Source: Candidatus Arthromitus sp. SFB-rat-Yit (GTDB taxonomy: Bacteria > Bacillota > Clostridia > Clostridiales > Clostridiaceae). Taken from it: 32,000 bases of DNA. The notes under the pieces were generated by a model that did not search any database, was not told the origin of the DNA, and saw only the letters and a program-made list of their open reading frames with translations. Made by a program: the position numbers and the translations under genes. This document shows positions 30,244 to 32,000 of this stretch, piece after piece (position 1 is the first letter of the stretch; each line of letters begins with the position of its first letter). The stretch spans positions 1,410,001-1,442,000 of the forward strand of contig NC_016012.1 in assembly GCF_000283555.1 (NCBI RefSeq), given 5' to 3'.

Positions 30244-30783
30244 CTATTTATACACACTCTCATCTAATACACCTATATATGGTAAATTTCTATATTTTTC
30301 GGCGTAATCAAGTCCATACCCAACTACAAATTCATTTCCAACTTTAAAACCTTTATATTTAGGTTCTATTTCTACTTTTCTTCCACTTGGCTTATCAAGA
30401 AGTGTCATTATCTCAACACTTCTAGCCCCCTTACTTCTTATGTAATTACAAATGTAATTTAAAGTTACTCCAGTATCTATTATATCTTCAATAATCAATA
30501 TATCCTTACCTTCTACACACATATCCAAATCTTTCATTATTCTAACCTGTCCAGAACTTACGATAGAATTTCCATAAGAAGATACACCCATAAAATCAAT
30601 TTCAATATATATATCTACATTCTTCATTAAATCAGCCATAAACATCAAAGATCCCTTTAATATACATACAAGAAGTAAATTTTTATTTTTATAATCTTTG
30701 TTTATTTCTTCCCCTAATTCCTTAACCTTGTTTTCAATTTCTTCTTTGCTTATCAGTACATTTTTAATATCATTATTTATCAT
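30244..30783 (-). CDS. hpt: Hypoxanthine(-guanine) phosphoribosyltransferase
   Basis: [17 protein letters not shown]...[49 protein letters not shown] ggaggg lies inside the tilS 3' end. Confidence 0.95.
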   Translation of the reverse strand: MINNDIKNVLISKEEIENKVKELGEEINKDYKNKNLLLVCILKGSLMFMADLMKNVDIYIEIDFMGVSSYGNSIVSSGQVRIMKDLDMCVEGKDILIIEDIIDTGVTLNYICNYIRSKGARSVEIMTLLDKPSGRKVEIEPKYKGFKVGNEFVVGYGLDYAEKYRNLPYIGVLDESVYK

Positions 30784-32000
30784 AAATACCCTCCGCTACA
30801 AAATCTAATTTTATTTTTAATAATTTTTTAGTACATGAGTTAACCTTATAATCATTACTGTTTCTAATCCCAACTATCCAAATAATTTTATCATCAAAAC
30901 ATATTAAAGGTATACTACTTCTATTAGAAACTTTTTCATTTATAAAAAAATCCTTAAGTTTTTTATGTTTTTCCATACCAAATGGTTTAAATAAATCACC
31001 ATTTCTCCTGTTTCTAATTGATATAGCTTCTCTTAAACTCTCCATAGAAAAATACTTTTCATATTTAAGTGTTAAATCTAAAAGATGAGTTTGATTTTCT
31101 ACTACTTCAAAACTAATTTTCATGTTCTTCCCTAAAAAATTAATGGATCTTCCAATAAAATCTATTTCTCCAGATTTAAGTTTCAATATATCTTCATTAT
31201 TTATCAATTCAAAAGATACGGATTCCTCTTCTAAAATACTTTGATCTTTTCTTAAAAATTTTATAAAGTCATGATAATTTACAGCAAATAAATCTTTCTT
31301 AATTTGTATACTCTTATATGTATTTTTACTTAACAGCTCTTCTATGTACTTTATATGTTTAAAACTTATATTTTTAATATCTCCGCAAAACATAAAAATA
31401 CACTTTCTAATAATCCTATATAATATAGATTTATGAAGTGTAAATATGTATTTATCTATGGTCATATAATTTGGGTTAATACTTACATACTTATTTATAA
31501 AATCCATTACAATATTTAAAAAATAATCATTATCATAGCTAGATATTTCTTTTAAATTTAAAATGTTTTTAGATATATCTTTTGAAAAACTCTCATTTAT
31601 TTTAGGTATAAGAGAAATCCTAATTTTATTTCTCAAATAATCCTCGGATAAATTGCTCTTATCTATTACGAATTTTATATCATTATCATTTAAATATTTT
31701 TCTATATCTTCTATTCTTCTTAAGCATAATATTGGTCTTATATAAAAATCTTCTCGCTTTACTTTTATTCCCTCTATTCCATCTATTCCTGTACCATTAA
31801 AAATCCTCATAATAATAGTTTCAACATCATCATCTGCATGATGTGCTAAAGCACACTTTGTTATAATATTTTTATTTTTTAAATCATTAAATATATTATA
31901 TCTAACTTCTCTTCCTCCCATCTCCACAGATACCTTGTATTTTTTAATATAATCTAAAACATCTACTCTAAATGATTTGAATTCAATATTGTTTCTCCTG
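30773..32000 (-). CDS. tilS: tRNA(Ile)-lysidine synthetase TilS, 5' end truncated by window edge
   Basis: Own translation upstream of the track start continues in frame to the window edge (...[40 protein letters not shown]...). [30 protein letters not shown] is TilS-typical. The 31927 GTG start is an artefact. Confidence 0.93.
   Translation of the reverse strand, partial: RRNNIEFKSFRVDVLDYIKKYKVSVEMGGREVRYNIFNDLKNKNIITKCALAHHADDDVETIIMRIFNGTGIDGIEGIKVKREDFYIRPILCLRRIEDIEKYLNDNDIKFVIDKSNLSEDYLRNKIRISLIPKINESFSKDISKNILNLKEISSYDNDYFLNIVMDFINKYVSINPNYMTIDKYIFTLHKSILYRIIRKCIFMFCGDIKNISFKHIKYIEELLSKNTYKSIQIKKDLFAVNYHDFIKFLRKDQSILEEESVSFELINNEDILKLKSGEIDFIGRSINFLGKNMKISFEVVENQTHLLDLTLKYEKYFSMESLREAISIRNRRNGDLFKPFGMEKHKKLKDFFINEKVSNRSSIPLICFDDKIIWIVGIRNSNDYKVNSCTKKLLKIKLDFVAEGIYDK

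Noticed and set aside
1-32000. CRISPR arrays, tRNAs, rRNAs, IS elements or tandem repeats
   Set aside because: No regularly spaced repeats, transposase/integrase-like ORFs or recognisable structural RNA genes were seen on either strand. The intergenic gaps are too short for most of these.

Overview
This is a very AT-rich window of conserved Bacillota/Clostridia-type chromosome, mostly housekeeping genes. By order: a minus-strand block from sigH (truncated at the left edge and absent from the ORF track) through yacP, rlmB, mrnC, cysS and ispD; clpC-mcsB-mcsA; a 2[4Fe-4S] ferredoxin; ricT(yaaT)-holB-tmk-Orn/Lys/Arg decarboxylase; corA, ldcA and murD on the plus strand; glyQS; a divergent ClpX-like AAA+ gene; a plus-strand ribose operon rbsK-D-A-C-B; a lone type I restriction specificity gene (hsdS) with no hsdM/hsdR in the window; lysS, greA, dus, ftsH, hpt; and tilS (truncated at the right edge). 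Several start codons in the ORF track look too far upstream and were corrected using ribosome-binding sites. I found no CRISPR array, prophage, transposon, rRNA or tRNA, and no clear novel multi-gene system. The best second-look items are the ClpX-like paralogue, which lacks the canonical RKH-loop segment, the solitary hsdS, a GMN-to-GSN change in the CorA-family protein, and the contraction of two normally conserved neighbourhoods (no ctsR, radA, disA, darA/yaaQ or yaaR at their usual places). The very low GC, sporulation-type sigma factor and gene order suggest a reduced-genome clostridial relative, possibly like segmented filamentous bacteria, but this is only an inference.
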